Sequence record: NC_054914.1
Strand: one strand, 5' to 3'
Length of the DNA stretch: 64,000 bases
Source of the DNA: Escherichia phage vB_EcoM-fFiEco06
This document shows, piece after piece, positions 62,644 through 64,000 of the stretch (its first letter is position 1; every line of letters starts with the position of its first letter). The position numbers and the translations under genes are program-made. The notes under the pieces are model-generated. The model had not been told where the DNA came from and did not search any database. It worked only from the letters and a program-made list of their open reading frames with translations.

Positions 62644-62918
62644 TCGAAATAATCTTCAATTTCGTAATCATAGACATAAATCATTATAGTTTTTAATACA
62701 TCATCAATACTTTTTCCTGGAGCTGGAATTACGTAAAAATATCCTGCTTTTGAGAGGTCTTTATAAGTTCCAATCAAGAAATCATTATTCTCAAGATGTA
62801 ACTCTTCAACTAATTCATTGACAATTGAATGGTATAGGTTTGGTAGAAACTTATATAGCTTTTCTAGAATATCAATTTTGATTGTGTATTGAACCACGGA
62901 CTGAGAATCAATAATCAT
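62640..62918 (-). CDS. arn: acidic 92-aa protein, probable Arn (anti-restriction, McrBC inhibitor)
   Basis: Size equals T4 Arn, acidic composition, position after asiA. Confidence 0.5.
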   Translation of the reverse strand: MIIDSQSVVQYTIKIDILEKLYKFLPNLYHSIVNELVEELHLENNDFLIGTYKDLSKAGYFYVIPAPGKSIDDVLKTIMIYVYDYEIEDYFE

Positions 62919-62995
62919 AGACCTTCCCCTTATGTTTCTGTTTGCGATTAGATTCTTTAAACGCTTTCTTCTTATCCTTATGGACAGAAGCTTTA

Positions 62996-63220
62996 TTAAA
63001 ATTGTGTTTTGCGACTAAATTGTTCATAGTGCTGAATTACCTCTCTCAAACACTTGCATGTGAATGAAAACTTTTTAGCTACACCACATTCAAATATATG
63101 TTCTCTTAAATCACGTGTGTCAGTATATCCCATCTCAACAATAAAATGTCTTATTAGATTTTTATCTTTATCATTGAGAGAATTAAAATAATCGGATTTT
63201 GAATTAATTTCCCTGGCCAA
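62996..63220 (-). CDS. hypothetical protein, 74 aa
   Basis: ORF in early array. Confidence 0.4.
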   Translation of the reverse strand: MAREINSKSDYFNSLNDKDKNLIRHFIVEMGYTDTRDLREHIFECGVAKKFSFTCKCLREVIQHYEQFSRKTQF

Positions 63221-63500
63221 ATTGAATCACCTTCAGTTGACGTTTTAGTTCTTTTATCATTTCTTCGTTCATCGCAATATAAAGATCGCGTAAAGCAGGT
63301 TTTAACATTCCATTTACTGGAGAACTAAATGGACATACATAATCTTTTCCTACGAGCTTTTTGGTGAATTCCATATCACAGAACTGAAATGCCGGTTCAT
63401 TGGCATAAATTCCCCAATTAGTTGACATCATTTTATTGGCATATTCCAACGCCTGGATTTGATTCTTAATTCCATCAATTTGAAACTTTTTAATATTCAT
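63204..63500 (-). CDS. hypothetical protein, 98 aa
   Basis: ORF in early array. Confidence 0.4.
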   Translation of the reverse strand: MNIKKFQIDGIKNQIQALEYANKMMSTNWGIYANEPAFQFCDMEFTKKLVGKDYVCPFSSPVNGMLKPALRDLYIAMNEEMIKELKRQLKVIQFGQGN

Positions 63501-63961
63501 TAGTAAAGGTCCTCAGAGTAAAGTTCTTTTTCACTACCACCGCGTTCAATACGTACTTGTCCGGCGTAAGTTGCAATAATCATTGCTTCTTCACGTGTCC
63601 AGTAATTGCTATACTGATCAATAAACCCTTGGTCATCATCACAAACTTGCTGAGTAACTAATTGGGGTTTAACTGCATCTAAAACTTCTGCCATATCTTT
63701 AGAATAATGACGAGCACCTGGAATAACAAGAGTTCGTCCATCTTTTAATTTAAAACGGTTGGCGGCACAAACAATTCGTCGTTGATACTTTTGGTTTTCA
63801 TCCCAGTATGCGGTCTGCCAACAGATTTCAGGAACTTCTTTTAGAATATCTTCTTCTGTGCATTTATAACCATGCGCTTTAAATTTTTCAACAAGACTTT
63901 CTGGAGTTTCACGACATAAAGGAACATTCAGCATTTTTAAACGATTAATAAATGGGTTCAT
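63500..63961 (-). CDS. hypothetical protein, 153 aa
   Basis: ORF with start overlap to the downstream gene. Confidence 0.45.
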   Translation of the reverse strand: MNPFINRLKMLNVPLCRETPESLVEKFKAHGYKCTEEDILKEVPEICWQTAYWDENQKYQRRIVCAANRFKLKDGRTLVIPGARHYSKDMAEVLDAVKPQLVTQQVCDDDQGFIDQYSNYWTREEAMIIATYAGQVRIERGGSEKELYSEDLY

Positions 63962-64000
63962 TTAAACCATCCTTTAATACGCTGCCACAAAGTTTTCTGT

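Overview
This window is a contiguous segment of a T-even (T4-like, Tequatrovirus-type) coliphage genome, collinear with my recollection of T4 from gene 18 to the asiA/arn region. All calls rest on reading the six-frame translations and the DNA by eye plus recalled T4 biology; no database search or alignment was run. In order: head and tail structural genes (18 C-terminus, 19, 20, 67, 68, 21, 22, 23, 24), rnlB-24.2-24.3-hoc-inh, uvsW/uvsW.1, uvsY.-2/uvsY.-1/uvsY, baseplate genes 25, 26, 51, 27, 28, 29, 48, 54, two tandem Alt-type ADP-ribosyltransferase genes, DNA ligase (30) followed by an early array of small ORFs, rIII, 31, cd, pseT, a spanin pair, alc, rnlA, denA, nrdB, nrdA, td (split by a 1016-nt group I intron carrying I-TevI), frd, 32, 59, 33, dsbA, rnh, long tail fibre genes 34-38, holin t, asiA and an arn-like region. 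Late promoters (TATAAATA), a MotA-type middle promoter, early promoter/stem-loop cassettes, many UUCG-type terminator hairpins and the gene 32 translational operator are readable directly. The phage looks T2/T6-like rather than T4: gp38 is a glycine-rich adhesin, gp37 carries a C-terminal chaperone-like domain, and the 23/24, inh/uvsW, 32/59 and nrdB/nrdA junctions have no room for segD, segE, segG or mobE, with nrdB uninterrupted. Candidate novelties relative to T4 as I recall it are an HNH endonuclease ORF between genes 18 and 19, a 68-codon ORF wedged between frd and td, two ORFs between pseT and the spanins, and a possible ADP-ribosylation writer/eraser neighbourhood (two Alt paralogs plus a NADAR-like and a HAD-like protein). 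No tRNA, rRNA or CRISPR array was seen.
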